Source: Candidatus Zixiibacteriota bacterium
Lineage (GTDB): Bacteria; Zixibacteria; MSB-5A5; GN15; JAAZOE01
Assembly (NCBI GenBank): GCA_043819555.1
Contig: JBDREQ010000009.1
Span: 1 to 64,000 of the forward strand
DNA: 64,000 bases
Direction: 5' to 3'
Under the pieces are notes generated by a model. It had not been told where the DNA came from, ran no database searches, and saw nothing but the letters and a program-made list of their open reading frames with translations. Position numbers and translations under genes: made by a program. Numbering within the stretch: the stretch's first letter is position 1; each line of letters opens with the position of its first letter. Of this stretch, positions 37,693 through 48,175 are shown in pieces.

Positions 37693-39233
37693 AGCTGGTC
37701 AATGCCGAAGAAATGCGCGCGGTTGATGATCGCGCCATAAACGAACGAAAAATTCCCTCGCTGGAGTTGATGGAAAACGCCGGACGAGGGATTTTTCTTT
37801 ATATCGAAGAAAATATTCTGACGCAATTTGACGAACCGAAAATTTGCGTTATCTGCGGACAGGGAAATAACGGCGGCGACGGATTTGTCGTCGGGAGATA
37901 TTTGATTGATGAAAACATGCCGTGTGATTTTGTCCTGACCGGAACTGATGATAAACTTTCGAATGATTGTCGAGTGAATTATAATAAGATTATTGAGGCT
38001 GGCAAGTCGGTAATACAATTGAAAAAAATATCCGACCTGTGCGATTTGTCTGAATATAACATTATCATCGACGCTATCTTCGGAACCGGATTTTCAGGCG
38101 CTCCGCGCGGGATTGCCGCCGAAGTGATTGACAAAATTAACGAGGCTGAGAAATTTGTTGTCGCTGTCGACGCTCCTTCCGGCCTTGATGTTTCAACCGG
38201 AATGGTCGAATCCGAAGGCGTGTTGGCTGATGTGACAACAACGCTGGCTTTGCCTAAACCGGGATTGTTTGTCTCGCCGGGCCGGGAATTCGCCGGAGCG
38301 GTGGCAGTGATTCCAATTGGCATTCCTGATGAAGTTGTTGAATCGTTCAATTATAAAACCAATCTGATTTCCGGCGAGATGGTTTCAAAGATATTGCCGA
38401 CGCCCAAACCGGATGGCCACAAAGGTGATTTTGGAAAAGTTCTTATCATTGCCGGATCGCCGGGTCTGACTGGCGCGGCAGTTCTGGCCGGAAACGCCGC
38501 CGCTCGTTCGGGAGCAGGATTGGTTACAGTCGGCGTACCGTCAGGATTGAATCAAATTATCGAATCGAAACTGACCGAAGTCATGAGCCATCCTCTGCCG
38601 GATATAAAAAAGAAACAGGTGCTTGCCCTTCGCGCTCGTGGTGAGATTAAAAAGCTGTTAACGGACAAAGATGCCACAGCCATCGGACCGGGCCTTGGAC
38701 GTCATCATGAAACCGGTGAGTTGGTTCGCAGGCTCATTGGCGATTTGGAAATTCCGGCGGTTATCGATGCCGATGGTTTGTTTGCTTTGTCCGGAGATGA
38801 GTCGCCTCTGTTATCACCTCATGGTCCGCTGGTTTTAACACCGCACCCGATTGAGTTTGCTCGTCTGACCGGTGAAACACCCGATGATAACCCGATTAAT
38901 AATTTTGAATTGATAACTAAGTATGCCAAGAAATTTGATTCGGTGATTGTACTCAAGGACTCCCCGACATTGGTCGCATCACCCGAAGGCCAGATATTTA
39001 TGAACCCGACCGGAAACTATGGCATGGCTACCGGAGGGTCGGGAGATGTATTGACCGGCATCATCGTCGCACTTCTTGGCCAGCAACTATCGCCACTCGA
39101 AGCGGCTTTGTGCGGTGTATTCATTCATGGTTTATCCGGAGATATCGCAATCGGCGACATCAATCCCCGCAGTTTAATTGCCGGCGACCTAATCGACTAC
39201 CTCACCTCGGCGTTCAATGCGGTGGAGGTGTGA
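37689..39233 (+). CDS. nnr: Bifunctional NAD(P)H-hydrate repair enzyme Nnr (YjeF-N epimerase + YjeF-C ADP-dependent dehydratase)
   Basis: N-terminal GQGNNGGDG motif (YjeF_N). C-terminal GxGD…GSGDVL carbohydrate-kinase-like motif (YjeF_C). Confidence 0.9.
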   Translation: MKLVNAEEMRAVDDRAINERKIPSLELMENAGRGIFLYIEENILTQFDEPKICVICGQGNNGGDGFVVGRYLIDENMPCDFVLTGTDDKLSNDCRVNYNKIIEAGKSVIQLKKISDLCDLSEYNIIIDAIFGTGFSGAPRGIAAEVIDKINEAEKFVVAVDAPSGLDVSTGMVESEGVLADVTTTLALPKPGLFVSPGREFAGAVAVIPIGIPDEVVESFNYKTNLISGEMVSKILPTPKPDGHKGDFGKVLIIAGSPGLTGAAVLAGNAAARSGAGLVTVGVPSGLNQIIESKLTEVMSHPLPDIKKKQVLALRARGEIKKLLTDKDATAIGPGLGRHHETGELVRRLIGDLEIPAVIDADGLFALSGDESPLLSPHGPLVLTPHPIEFARLTGETPDDNPINNFELITKYAKKFDSVIVLKDSPTLVASPEGQIFMNPTGNYGMATGGSGDVLTGIIVALLGQQLSPLEAALCGVFIHGLSGDIAIGDINPRSLIAGDLIDYLTSAFNAVEV

Positions 39234-39317
39234 ATACCAGCACTTGACTATTTCAAACCATCTTAGTATTATTGTTTCTAATCGATATCAATATTTAATT
39301 CGCAAAAGGATAGTTAA

Positions 39318-40127
39318 ATGGGAAATACTGAACATCCTCCGTCAATAAAGGAAACAGCATTTGAGTGCCCACATTGTGGAGCATTTGCAGCCCAGCATTG
39401 GTACGAATTATTCCGCAGACAATTTAAAAAGGAAACCCCACTTCCAGACATACCAAATGATGAATTTAAAAAAAGAATTTTAAATATTCCAAATTTACCT
39501 GAACAATTTCGCGAATCCAAACTTGAATGGTGTGATAAAATGTCGTTAGGGCTGGTATTTGTTAAGATACTCTCAGAAAGCCAATACCTAAAGGTGGAGG
39601 TAAATAATTTATATCTTAGCCAATGCTATAACTGTGATAAGATATCAGTTTGGGTTCACGATAGACTTGTCTTTCCCTATAAGAAATTTGGAATTGCACC
39701 AAATCAAGATTTGCCTGATGATATAAAGCGAGATTTTGAAGAAGCAAGGGATATAGTAAATTTATCCCCTCGCGGTGCTGCAGCACTTCTCAGGTTATGT
39801 GTACAAAAAATCTGTATATTTCTTGATGAAAAGGGTAAGAATTTAGATGAGGATATAGCAAATTTAGTAAAAAAGGGACTTGATCCCGTAATCCAGGAAT
39901 CTCTAGATGTAGTTAGAGTAGTTGGCAACCAGGCTGTACATCCAGGAGAGTTAGATTTAAAAGACGATAGTAAAACGGCAATTCAGTTATTTAAATTAAT
40001 AAACATGATAGCAGATCAAAGGATTACCAATCCCCAAAATGCAAAGAAACTGTATAATTCTTTACCTGAGGGCAAAAGAAAGGCAATTGAAGAACGCAAT
40101 AAAAAGGCAAAGAAGGATAAATTATAA
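39318..40127 (+). CDS. DUF4145-like protein with an N-terminal double C-x2-C zinc ribbon, in an AT-rich islet
   Basis: N-terminus has CPHCG…CYNCD. The C-terminal …SPRGAAALLRLCVQKI…LDVVRVVGNQAVHPGE… matches the DUF4145 helical motif pattern (R-x-x-GN-x-A-x-H). Local AT content is high. Confidence 0.7.
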   Translation: MGNTEHPPSIKETAFECPHCGAFAAQHWYELFRRQFKKETPLPDIPNDEFKKRILNIPNLPEQFRESKLEWCDKMSLGLVFVKILSESQYLKVEVNNLYLSQCYNCDKISVWVHDRLVFPYKKFGIAPNQDLPDDIKRDFEEARDIVNLSPRGAAALLRLCVQKICIFLDEKGKNLDEDIANLVKKGLDPVIQESLDVVRVVGNQAVHPGELDLKDDSKTAIQLFKLINMIADQRITNPQNAKKLYNSLPEGKRKAIEERNKKAKKDKL

Positions 40128-40141
40128 TTCAGCATCATACC

Positions 40142-40672
40142 ATGGTCCCACACCCACCTCGAATAAAAAACCGATTGCCCGATTATGATTATTCGCAGGA
40201 TGGATTTTATTTCGTTACAATTTGTACCAAAAATCATATCAAATGTTTTGGCAAAATCACAAACGGGGAAATGCGGCTGAACGAATTTGGGGAAATCGCC
40301 AAACAACGGTGGTTGTGGATGGCACAACATTTTGATTTTGTGCAATTGGATGAATTCTGCATCATGCCGAATCACCTGCATGGAATCATCATCATAAATC
40401 GCGATAACAGCGTAGCGACAACTCTAGAGGTGTCGCTACAAAGACAACCTCAAACAGATAAACAAAGGCGGAATAATTTATTGTCCAAAACTATCGCGGC
40501 TTTTAAAACAACGGCATCAAAATATATTCACAAAGCAGGATTTGACAAATTCAAATGGCAACGGTCGTTTTATGATCATGTTATTCGAAACGAAAAATCA
40601 CTTTTAGAAATCCGCGAATATATCCGAAATAACCCACTAAAATGGGATTTGGATAAATATCATTCGGGGTAG
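40142..40672 (+). CDS. REP-associated tyrosine transposase (RAYT; IS200/IS605-like Y1 HUH transposase domain)
   Basis: YFVTICT beta-strand, HUH motif in MPNHLHGII, and the catalytic Tyr region SFYDHVIRNE. ~176 aa, typical RAYT size. Confidence 0.75.
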   Translation: MVPHPPRIKNRLPDYDYSQDGFYFVTICTKNHIKCFGKITNGEMRLNEFGEIAKQRWLWMAQHFDFVQLDEFCIMPNHLHGIIIINRDNSVATTLEVSLQRQPQTDKQRRNNLLSKTIAAFKTTASKYIHKAGFDKFKWQRSFYDHVIRNEKSLLEIREYIRNNPLKWDLDKYHSG

Positions 40673-40918
40673 AATCCTGCCAGAGTGCCAGAATTTCCGC
40701 ATGATTATTTTTAAATAAATTCCCTTAAACAAAAAAATCTCCATTACCGTCATATAATTAGCAGACAGCAGGTTATGACAGGGCGGGGGCGGAAATCAGC
40801 TAAAAATCATATAATTGGGGAAGAAACGCCCGTTTGGGCTGTAACCCTCCTGAAAGCAAACTCGACGTTTTATATTGAATTATTCAGGGCGTCGCCATAA
40901 ACTAAACTGTATAAGGTT

Positions 40919-42295
40919 ATGGAGGGACAAATGAAACGGATTATTGAAAAATTGGGGCTGGCGATTATCATTTTGGCGTTGTCAATACCGGCAGTCGCCG
41001 ATGATATAGCCGTAACGGTTTATAATTCCGATCTGGGAGTCGTTCGTGAGACGCGGACTCTTGATTTCATGCAGGGATTAGGCAAGATCAAATTTGCCGA
41101 CGTAGCTTCGCGAATCGACGCCACTTCGGTCACTTTTAACATCGTTGATACGACCAAGGAAGTTGATATTCTTGAGCAGAATTATGATTTTGACCTGGTC
41201 AATCCGGACAAAATCTATGACAAATATATCGATAACAATATAGAGATCGTTACCGAAAAAGGCGAAGTGTTTACCGGCAGGCTTTTATCTTACAGCGGTG
41301 GATATCTTGTGGTCGAGCAAACTGACGGGAGGATAAAGACAATTTCCAAGAGCTGGGTGCGTGATGTGACTTTTCCTGATTTGCCGGAAGGATTGATTAC
41401 GAGACCAACCCTGTTTTGGGATTATCAGTCAAATTTTACCGGTACGGCTGAGGCGATAGTCGGCTATCAGACATCGGGAATGATCTGGCATGCTGAGTAC
41501 GTCGGAGTTTTGGATAAAGAAGACTCGCTTCTGGATTTGACAGGTTGGGTTTCGATCGACAACCGCAGCGGGAAAACTTATCAGGATGCGACTCTGAAGG
41601 TTGTTGCCGGTGAAATCCATCGTGCTCAACCCAAATACGATCGGGGTCTGGGATATGCCGAATTGGCAACGATGGCGCCTAAGAAGGCCGTTGGATTTGA
41701 GGAAAAAGCGTTTTTTGAATATCACCTGTACACTCTCCCCCGCAAAGCAACGATTAAAAACAATCAAATAAAACAGATTTCAATGTTTGAACCTGCACGC
41801 GCGATTATCAAAAAAGAGTTGCGGTATAATTCGACTCAGGGAATAGGCGACGTTAATGTCTTTATCAAAATAAATAATTCCCAGGAAGTCGGGCTGGGGA
41901 TGCCTTTGCCCGCCGGAAGGGTCAGGATTTTTAAGGCCGACACCGATAAATCGCTGATTATGCTTGGAGAAGATAGCATTGACCATACGCCGCGCAACGA
42001 AGATGTAAAGCTCAGGATCGGCAAGGCGTTTGATGTTATCGGTGAGACGACCGAAGTTTCCCGCCGCAGGATTTCGGACAAAGTTACCGAATTTGATTAC
42101 CGGATTGAGGTGCGCAATCAAAAGGATGAACCTGTAACAGTTATTGTCGAGCGCGGTTTTGGCGGGTTTTGGGAAATTCTCAATGCCAGCCTCGATTATG
42201 ATAAAAAATCAGCGTCAAGGATTGAATGGACTCTGGATATTGGACCTGAGAGTAAAGGGGTTGTCGATTTTACTTTGCGCCTTACCAGGGAATAA
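40919..42295 (+). CDS. Secreted DUF4139/DUF4140-like protein (mucoidy-inhibitor MuiA-like family)
   Basis: Signal peptide. Beta-rich architecture beginning VTVYNSDLGVVRETR… resembles the DUF4140 N-terminal pattern. No catalytic motif. Confidence 0.5.
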   Translation: MEGQMKRIIEKLGLAIIILALSIPAVADDIAVTVYNSDLGVVRETRTLDFMQGLGKIKFADVASRIDATSVTFNIVDTTKEVDILEQNYDFDLVNPDKIYDKYIDNNIEIVTEKGEVFTGRLLSYSGGYLVVEQTDGRIKTISKSWVRDVTFPDLPEGLITRPTLFWDYQSNFTGTAEAIVGYQTSGMIWHAEYVGVLDKEDSLLDLTGWVSIDNRSGKTYQDATLKVVAGEIHRAQPKYDRGLGYAELATMAPKKAVGFEEKAFFEYHLYTLPRKATIKNNQIKQISMFEPARAIIKKELRYNSTQGIGDVNVFIKINNSQEVGLGMPLPAGRVRIFKADTDKSLIMLGEDSIDHTPRNEDVKLRIGKAFDVIGETTEVSRRRISDKVTEFDYRIEVRNQKDEPVTVIVERGFGGFWEILNASLDYDKKSASRIEWTLDIGPESKGVVDFTLRLTRE

Positions 42296-42381
42296 ATAGA
42301 TAGGCTAACGAAGCAGTTGACAATCGAATGGCCATTTAATAAATTGAACCGATTTTTTGACAAACATATCGGGAGGATAAG

Positions 42382-43764
42382 GTGAGGAAAATTAAAATCG
42401 CTATAGTAGCCGCACTAATCGTCGTTTTCGCCTGCCCTTTGGTACAGGCGCAGGAAAACAAAGAACTGTGGTCCGCATCGACTTATATTCAGTCGGCCAA
42501 GATTCATTATAAGCATGTTTATGTACCGTCAAAAGAACGAAAAGAATTGTATCATTGTATTGATCTGCTAAAAGAAGGGGCGGGGAAATTCGGCCATATG
42601 CCTGAATTTTACTATATGATTGGGACCTTCTATGCCGAGATTTATGCCATTGATACTGTGGTCGCATATTTTGATTCTGTCGCCATTTATTGCGCCGATG
42701 AGACTATCGATGAAAAGTATCGCAGAAACTGCTACAAGAAAGAAGATTATATCAAAAAAATGGAAAAACAGCGGTTGGCTTTCTGGGAGAAATCCTACAA
42801 TAGCGCCATCGGATACATCGACGAATTTGACCAGGTAACCGATATGAAAACGAATTCACCGGAAGATTCCATATCAATATATGATAGTCTGGCGACCAAG
42901 GCCTTTGATCTCGCGATGAGCGATTTTAATATGGCGTTAATGGCTCGGCCGGGCGATACGACAACGTTAATGGGCACGGCGGCATTATATCAGCGTCAAA
43001 ATATGCATAAAGAAGCAATCGATTTATACAATCAAATAAAGGAAATTAAGGGCGAGAATTGTGACATCACAAGCCGCATTGCTTATGCCTATATTAGCAT
43101 GGAAGATTGGCAAAATTCCATCGTATGGTTTGAAAAGCTTGTGAATTGTATTCCAGATGATATAAATTCTCTGATTAATTTGTCTGTCTCATATTATCAA
43201 CTGAAGGATTATGACAAATGGTACGAAACCACCGAAAAAGTTATATCTTTCGATCCGGAAAATCCTCAATTCCTCTTTAATGCCGCACAATATTGGTGGT
43301 ACAATAAAAGAAACGATTATACTGAACAACTATCGGAAATTGACAAAAATGCGACCGATGCCGCTGCTCAAGAAGAAGAGCTTGAGGCAAAAATAAATGA
43401 ATGCGCTGTAAAAACCACAGAATATCTTGAAAAAATGTTAAAGGTACATCCAAATGATTGTGATGCTTCAAGAATTTTGGGGTTTGCCTATATATTACTT
43501 TCAGACTATCCAAAAGTTATTGAATCGTTCTCCAACTATATTGACAATTGCGATTTGGATGAAGATCTTTTGGATATACTGGGACAGGCTTATTATCGCG
43601 AAGGTGATCTGGAAAACGCGATTAAGACCTATGAAAAACTCGTTGAAACCAACCCCGGCAGCGAAGTCGGCTGGGAATCATTGGGTACACTTTATGATGC
43701 TAATAAAATGCCGGAAAAGGCAAAAGAAGCAACCGCAAAGGCTGAGGAACTCAAAAAACTGTAA
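42382..43764 (+). CDS. Secreted TPR-repeat protein
   Basis: Signal peptide followed by multiple TPR-like helical repeats (…AIDLYNQIKEIKG…, …AIKTYEKLVETNPG…). Confidence 0.65.
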   Translation: MRKIKIAIVAALIVVFACPLVQAQENKELWSASTYIQSAKIHYKHVYVPSKERKELYHCIDLLKEGAGKFGHMPEFYYMIGTFYAEIYAIDTVVAYFDSVAIYCADETIDEKYRRNCYKKEDYIKKMEKQRLAFWEKSYNSAIGYIDEFDQVTDMKTNSPEDSISIYDSLATKAFDLAMSDFNMALMARPGDTTTLMGTAALYQRQNMHKEAIDLYNQIKEIKGENCDITSRIAYAYISMEDWQNSIVWFEKLVNCIPDDINSLINLSVSYYQLKDYDKWYETTEKVISFDPENPQFLFNAAQYWWYNKRNDYTEQLSEIDKNATDAAAQEEELEAKINECAVKTTEYLEKMLKVHPNDCDASRILGFAYILLSDYPKVIESFSNYIDNCDLDEDLLDILGQAYYREGDLENAIKTYEKLVETNPGSEVGWESLGTLYDANKMPEKAKEATAKAEELKKL

Positions 43765-43788
43765 TGATGCAATAAACTTTTGAATTTC

Positions 43789-43819
43789 AGGGCAGTCTTT
43801 TTTTAGGCTGCCCTTTTTT
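43789..43819 (+). terminator. Rho-independent terminator
   Basis: GGGCAGTC-T7-AGGCTGCCC hairpin followed by T6. Confidence 0.55.
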
Positions 43820-43823
43820 GATT

Positions 43824-46229
43824 ATGTCCGATAAATTAGTCAATCTGGCCATCGTTGGCCCACATCATAACCTGTTCACATATAAAATTCGTGACGCTGA
43901 TACAAAAAATCTCAAACCCGGATGCCGCTTTCTGGTTCCTTTTGGAAAAACGAGGGCGGTTGGATTTTTTGTGGAATTTCAAACCAAACCCGTTGATTAT
44001 CGTCTGCGTTTTATAAAAGAGCGAATAGATGCGTATTCTCCATTTCCCAAATATCTCTTCGATTTTTGCCGCTGGATTTCGGAATATTATTTCGCTCCCC
44101 CGGGAGAGACTCTGGCGGCGGCATTGCCGGGAACGGGAAGCAAAAAAACCAAACTTGATTTTATTCCCGGCAACATTGAATACCTGAAAACAATTTCCGC
44201 TGAAAATACCAATGAATACGGACTGGCTCGATACCTGCTTCGATACGGACACATCAAAGAAGAGAAAATAGCTGGCGATAAGGAAATTTCATTAATCGTT
44301 GAGCAATGGCTCGAAAGAAATATTTTAACAACTCGTTATCGCACCAGGCAAGCTCGAGCGAAACTTCTGGGATATCGGTTGGATAAGAAAAATATTATCG
44401 CGCCTTTGGAAAATCCAAAGCAATTGCAAAAAATTAATTCTGATATTATCTACTCACGGACTCAGCTTCTGGAAGAGATGGGGTTTTCGGATTATCGCGT
44501 CAAAAAACTGGTCGATGATAAATTCCTTAGAAAAATATATGATGAAGGCGGTGTAACACAATTAACTTCATGCCCGATTCGCCATGATTTGCCGGGATTA
44601 TCGCTTTTACCGGAACAAAAAAAGGCTCTCGATGAAATCGTCCCAGCCATTGCGGAGAAGGCATTCCGGCCATTTATGCTATTCGGCGTAACCGGCTCGG
44701 GCAAAACAATGGTGTATTGTCATGCCGCCAAAAATGCGGTCGAGTCCGGAGGTTCGGTTTTGGTGCTGGTTCCGGAAATCGCTCTTTCGGGTTTGCTCCT
44801 CTCTTCGTTCGCCGCCTTTTTCGGCGATCGAGTCGCGGTTATACATTCGGGAATGACTTTGAATCAACGACAGGCAATCAGACAAAAGATTCATTCGGGT
44901 GAGATCAAGGTTGTAATCGGGCCGCGTTCGGCTATTTTTGCGCCGCTTTACGATCCTCGACTTATAATCATCGACGAAGAACATGACCCGTCTTACAAGC
45001 AGGATGATCCCGCTCCCCGCTATCATGGCCGTGATGCGGCGGTGATGCTGGCGCGCATGGTCGGCTGTCCGATAATTCTCGGTTCGGCTTCACCGTCAGT
45101 TGAATCTTATTATAATGCCATAACAGACAGATATAAACTGCTGACTCTTAGCCAGCGCCCCAAATCCGGTTACCGGATGCCAAAAATTGTAATGCTGGAT
45201 ATGAAGACCGAAAAAATATCGGGCGAGTTTTCATTTTTATCTTATCGACTGAAGCGGGAAACTGAAAAACAGTTTGAAGCCGGCGGGCAGATAATTTATT
45301 ATCTCAATCGGCGGGGGTTTTCGCCGCAGATTAAATGCCGGGAATGCGGTCATGTGCCGGTATGTGAGAATTGCGGCATCACCTTAACTTATCATCGGGC
45401 GGATAATTCGTTGAAATGTCATTTTTGCGATTACGTTGAGCCTTCAGATAAGAATTGCGCTCGTTGCAACGGGCATGAATTTATTCATATCGGAACGGGA
45501 ACACAGCGGGTCGAGGAAAATCTGGCGGTGCTGTTTTCGAATATCAGAACCGAACGAATCGATTCCGACCGGGCCGCTTCAAAATCAGGGCAGCTGATTC
45601 TTGGCGATTTCGGCGAAGAGAAATTTGATTTACTTCTGGGGACGCAGATGATCACCAAGGGTCTTGATTTCCCGGGAGTGACGCTGGTGGGTGTGCTTTC
45701 GGCCGACATTGGGCTGGATATGCCTGATTTTCGAGCGGCAGAAAAAACTTACGCACGACTTTTGCAGGTGGCTGGGCGGGCCGGGCGAGGCGACCGCGAG
45801 GGCCTTGTTATGGTCCAGACATATTATAACGATCATCCTGTTATCAGAACGCTATCTGAAGGAAATTATGTCGAGTTCTTTGAACGAATCGTAAAAGAAC
45901 GGGAAACGCTTTTTTATCCTCCGTTTTCGAGATTGATAAATATTACTTTGCAGTCGCCGGATGAAAAATTGCTTGAGAAAGAATCGCTCGGTTATAGAAT
46001 TCAACTCGAGGAGCGTCTGGCGAAGTTGAATAATTTTGTTCTTTTGGGACCGGCCAAAGCTCCGCTTTATAAACTTCGGGGCAATTATCGGCGTCGATTT
46101 ATATTGAAATGCGCCGGAATTAGAAAAGTCGTTTCGCATTTGAGAAACTGGCAGAATGAAAAATCGAATTTTGGCCTGCCCGCCAAAATCCGCATAATCT
46201 TAGACATTGACCCGGTCAATATGATGTGA
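43824..46229 (+). CDS. priA: Primosomal protein N' (replication restart helicase PriA)
   Basis: N-terminal 3'-BD; helicase Walker A (GVTGSGKT) and DEEHD; the Cys-rich Zn-binding insertion (CRECGHVPVCENCGITLTYHRADNSLKCHFCDY) is diagnostic of PriA. Confidence 0.9.
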   Translation: MSDKLVNLAIVGPHHNLFTYKIRDADTKNLKPGCRFLVPFGKTRAVGFFVEFQTKPVDYRLRFIKERIDAYSPFPKYLFDFCRWISEYYFAPPGETLAAALPGTGSKKTKLDFIPGNIEYLKTISAENTNEYGLARYLLRYGHIKEEKIAGDKEISLIVEQWLERNILTTRYRTRQARAKLLGYRLDKKNIIAPLENPKQLQKINSDIIYSRTQLLEEMGFSDYRVKKLVDDKFLRKIYDEGGVTQLTSCPIRHDLPGLSLLPEQKKALDEIVPAIAEKAFRPFMLFGVTGSGKTMVYCHAAKNAVESGGSVLVLVPEIALSGLLLSSFAAFFGDRVAVIHSGMTLNQRQAIRQKIHSGEIKVVIGPRSAIFAPLYDPRLIIIDEEHDPSYKQDDPAPRYHGRDAAVMLARMVGCPIILGSASPSVESYYNAITDRYKLLTLSQRPKSGYRMPKIVMLDMKTEKISGEFSFLSYRLKRETEKQFEAGGQIIYYLNRRGFSPQIKCRECGHVPVCENCGITLTYHRADNSLKCHFCDYVEPSDKNCARCNGHEFIHIGTGTQRVEENLAVLFSNIRTERIDSDRAASKSGQLILGDFGEEKFDLLLGTQMITKGLDFPGVTLVGVLSADIGLDMPDFRAAEKTYARLLQVAGRAGRGDREGLVMVQTYYNDHPVIRTLSEGNYVEFFERIVKERETLFYPPFSRLINITLQSPDEKLLEKESLGYRIQLEERLAKLNNFVLLGPAKAPLYKLRGNYRRRFILKCAGIRKVVSHLRNWQNEKSNFGLPAKIRIILDIDPVNMM

Positions 46230-46395
46230 AAATTCGACACGGTTATTCCAACCATATTAGTTAGTCTAAAACTATATAAAATCCCCCCGGAACAAATAAG
46301 GTGATTTTGTGTTTAATTTTATAGATTATATTGGTTTATGTATGCTTGACTTGCACCGGGGGATGACCGGAATTGAATAGTAAGGTGGGTTAAAA

Positions 46396-46713
46396 TTGAA
46401 TAAGAATTTTGAAGATAAATTATCGTCATATCCCAATATCAAATTCATGCTCGACGGGCTGCCAAAAGATATTTGGTGGGTCTTTTTGCCCGGTGATTTG
46501 GATAAATTGTTTTTGCTCGAATCGCTCGTCATCGATTTCAAGAAAAGAGAATTGGAACGTGAGCGCGTGATGTCTATTCAGAGAGTGTGTGATTTTCCGC
46601 TGCGGCCCAATGAATCACTGGCGGAAGTTCAGGCACGAGCGCGGATTCAGGGCAAGAAAAACGACAAAAAATTTCGCCGCCGTGGGCTTGATAACGACCG
46701 GGACTATTTGTAA
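46396..46713 (+). CDS. Hypothetical small protein
   Basis: TTG start after AAGGTGG. 105-aa ORF with no motif. Low support. Confidence 0.35.
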   Translation: MNKNFEDKLSSYPNIKFMLDGLPKDIWWVFLPGDLDKLFLLESLVIDFKKRELERERVMSIQRVCDFPLRPNESLAEVQARARIQGKKNDKKFRRRGLDNDRDYL

Positions 46714-46778
46714 TTTTATTGTCAATTGGCAGCAAATATTTTATTAAAGTTTTGATGGTTAGCGCCTTAATGGAATGT

Positions 46779-48137
46779 CTAATTAAAGCGATATTCAATG
46801 CAAAGTTCAGGTTGCGGCCCGCCCTTAAAAACCGCATTTATCATAAAAGTCGCATCACCAACATCAACGCTATTATCGCAATTAGCGTCGCCTGACTCAA
46901 TCGGGTCCGGTGCCGGACCCTGTCTTAATGCATAATTAATTAACCATACCGCATCCCCAACATTTACCACTCCGTCATGATTGGCGTCGCCAGGTATAAA
47001 AACAGGGACATTGTGAGCTTTGAAAATATCCTCGAATGTTTGATTCCACGGGTATCCGGCCTTTCTCCATTCATCCATGAATTCATAAAAATTCCAGCAA
47101 TTCTCATGTTCGGGATCATCGGGCCGGGGGTCGGGGTTTTTTAGTATGTCCCAGATATTGTCGAATCCCGTCCAGCCAGTTGATGAGTTATGATCATTAT
47201 TATGACCGTACAGAATGGGACCTATATAATAATTGTCATCGTCTACCACATCATATAAATCCCAAAGACCGTTAAAAACTGCCGCTTCAACCTGTGAACC
47301 ATTATAAAGGGGATTTGGCTCTGAAGGGCCTTCAAAACTCTGGTAATAGACAAAAGGCGCATCCGGTAATGGCCGTTCCATATTGCAGGTTGGTGAATAT
47401 CTACCATAGATGGAATCTTTAAATACATGTGTGCCCCTTATTATACCCGTCAAAAATGTTGCGATTCCTTCATTGAATGCGACATCTGGTTTCCTATTAG
47501 TCAATCCGCTACTGTTTGTTTGATAGTCAGGCGGATGTTCCATATGATGTTCACCGAAGGCATATGGGGACATTTGACCATGGCAATATATGATATTATG
47601 GGCATATTCATGAAGTATAACAAAATCGTCCCATTCATCCCAATTATCATCAGCGCCATATTTATTATTGATATAAATTATTGGGTCGCCATTAATTGAA
47701 TATCCCCCGAAAAAACTGTTAACATATTGGGTATTTAATGAATCCCAAAAAACCCATACCGGTAAACGCCAATCCGATGTCATATTAGTGAATATGTCTG
47801 ATCCGTCTTTAATAACTTCAGCGATATGGTAAGGGGCAGGGAAAATGTCGTTTACGGTATAATCAATTGGAACATCCAAATCTTGAAATTGAGGATTTGT
47901 AATTTCAACTCCAAAAAAATATTCAATTACGGTTTCCCCTTCCCCGAGTGAGTGGGACAGGGTTGTAATTACATGAGCGGCGGAATTACAAGACCGAGTA
48001 AGGACCTTTATCCATTCCTTATCAGTGGCAAATCCAAAATTACCTTCATCATCTGTCGAAAATGCCTGGTCTATATCCCACTCGCCGTACCAGTCGTCAT
48101 AGTAAAATACATACCCGTAAGTGTTTCTGGAGGGCAC
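46779..48137 (-). CDS. Zn-metallopeptidase (HExxH) domain with a C-terminal dockerin-type repeat pair; likely the 3' portion of a longer secreted-protein gene interrupted by a frameshift
   Basis: HEYAH zinc-binding motif. C-terminal GDANHDGVVNVGDAVWLINYAL…GDANCDNSVDVGDATFMINAVF duplicated F-hand segments. There is no signal peptide, and the frame stays open upstream to 48269 without a start. Confidence 0.75.
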   Translation of the reverse strand: MPSRNTYGYVFYYDDWYGEWDIDQAFSTDDEGNFGFATDKEWIKVLTRSCNSAAHVITTLSHSLGEGETVIEYFFGVEITNPQFQDLDVPIDYTVNDIFPAPYHIAEVIKDGSDIFTNMTSDWRLPVWVFWDSLNTQYVNSFFGGYSINGDPIIYINNKYGADDNWDEWDDFVILHEYAHNIIYCHGQMSPYAFGEHHMEHPPDYQTNSSGLTNRKPDVAFNEGIATFLTGIIRGTHVFKDSIYGRYSPTCNMERPLPDAPFVYYQSFEGPSEPNPLYNGSQVEAAVFNGLWDLYDVVDDDNYYIGPILYGHNNDHNSSTGWTGFDNIWDILKNPDPRPDDPEHENCWNFYEFMDEWRKAGYPWNQTFEDIFKAHNVPVFIPGDANHDGVVNVGDAVWLINYALRQGPAPDPIESGDANCDNSVDVGDATFMINAVFKGGPQPELCIEYRFN

Positions 48138-48175
48138 TGTATCATAATTGAGATATACATTATAAAATGTCCCGG

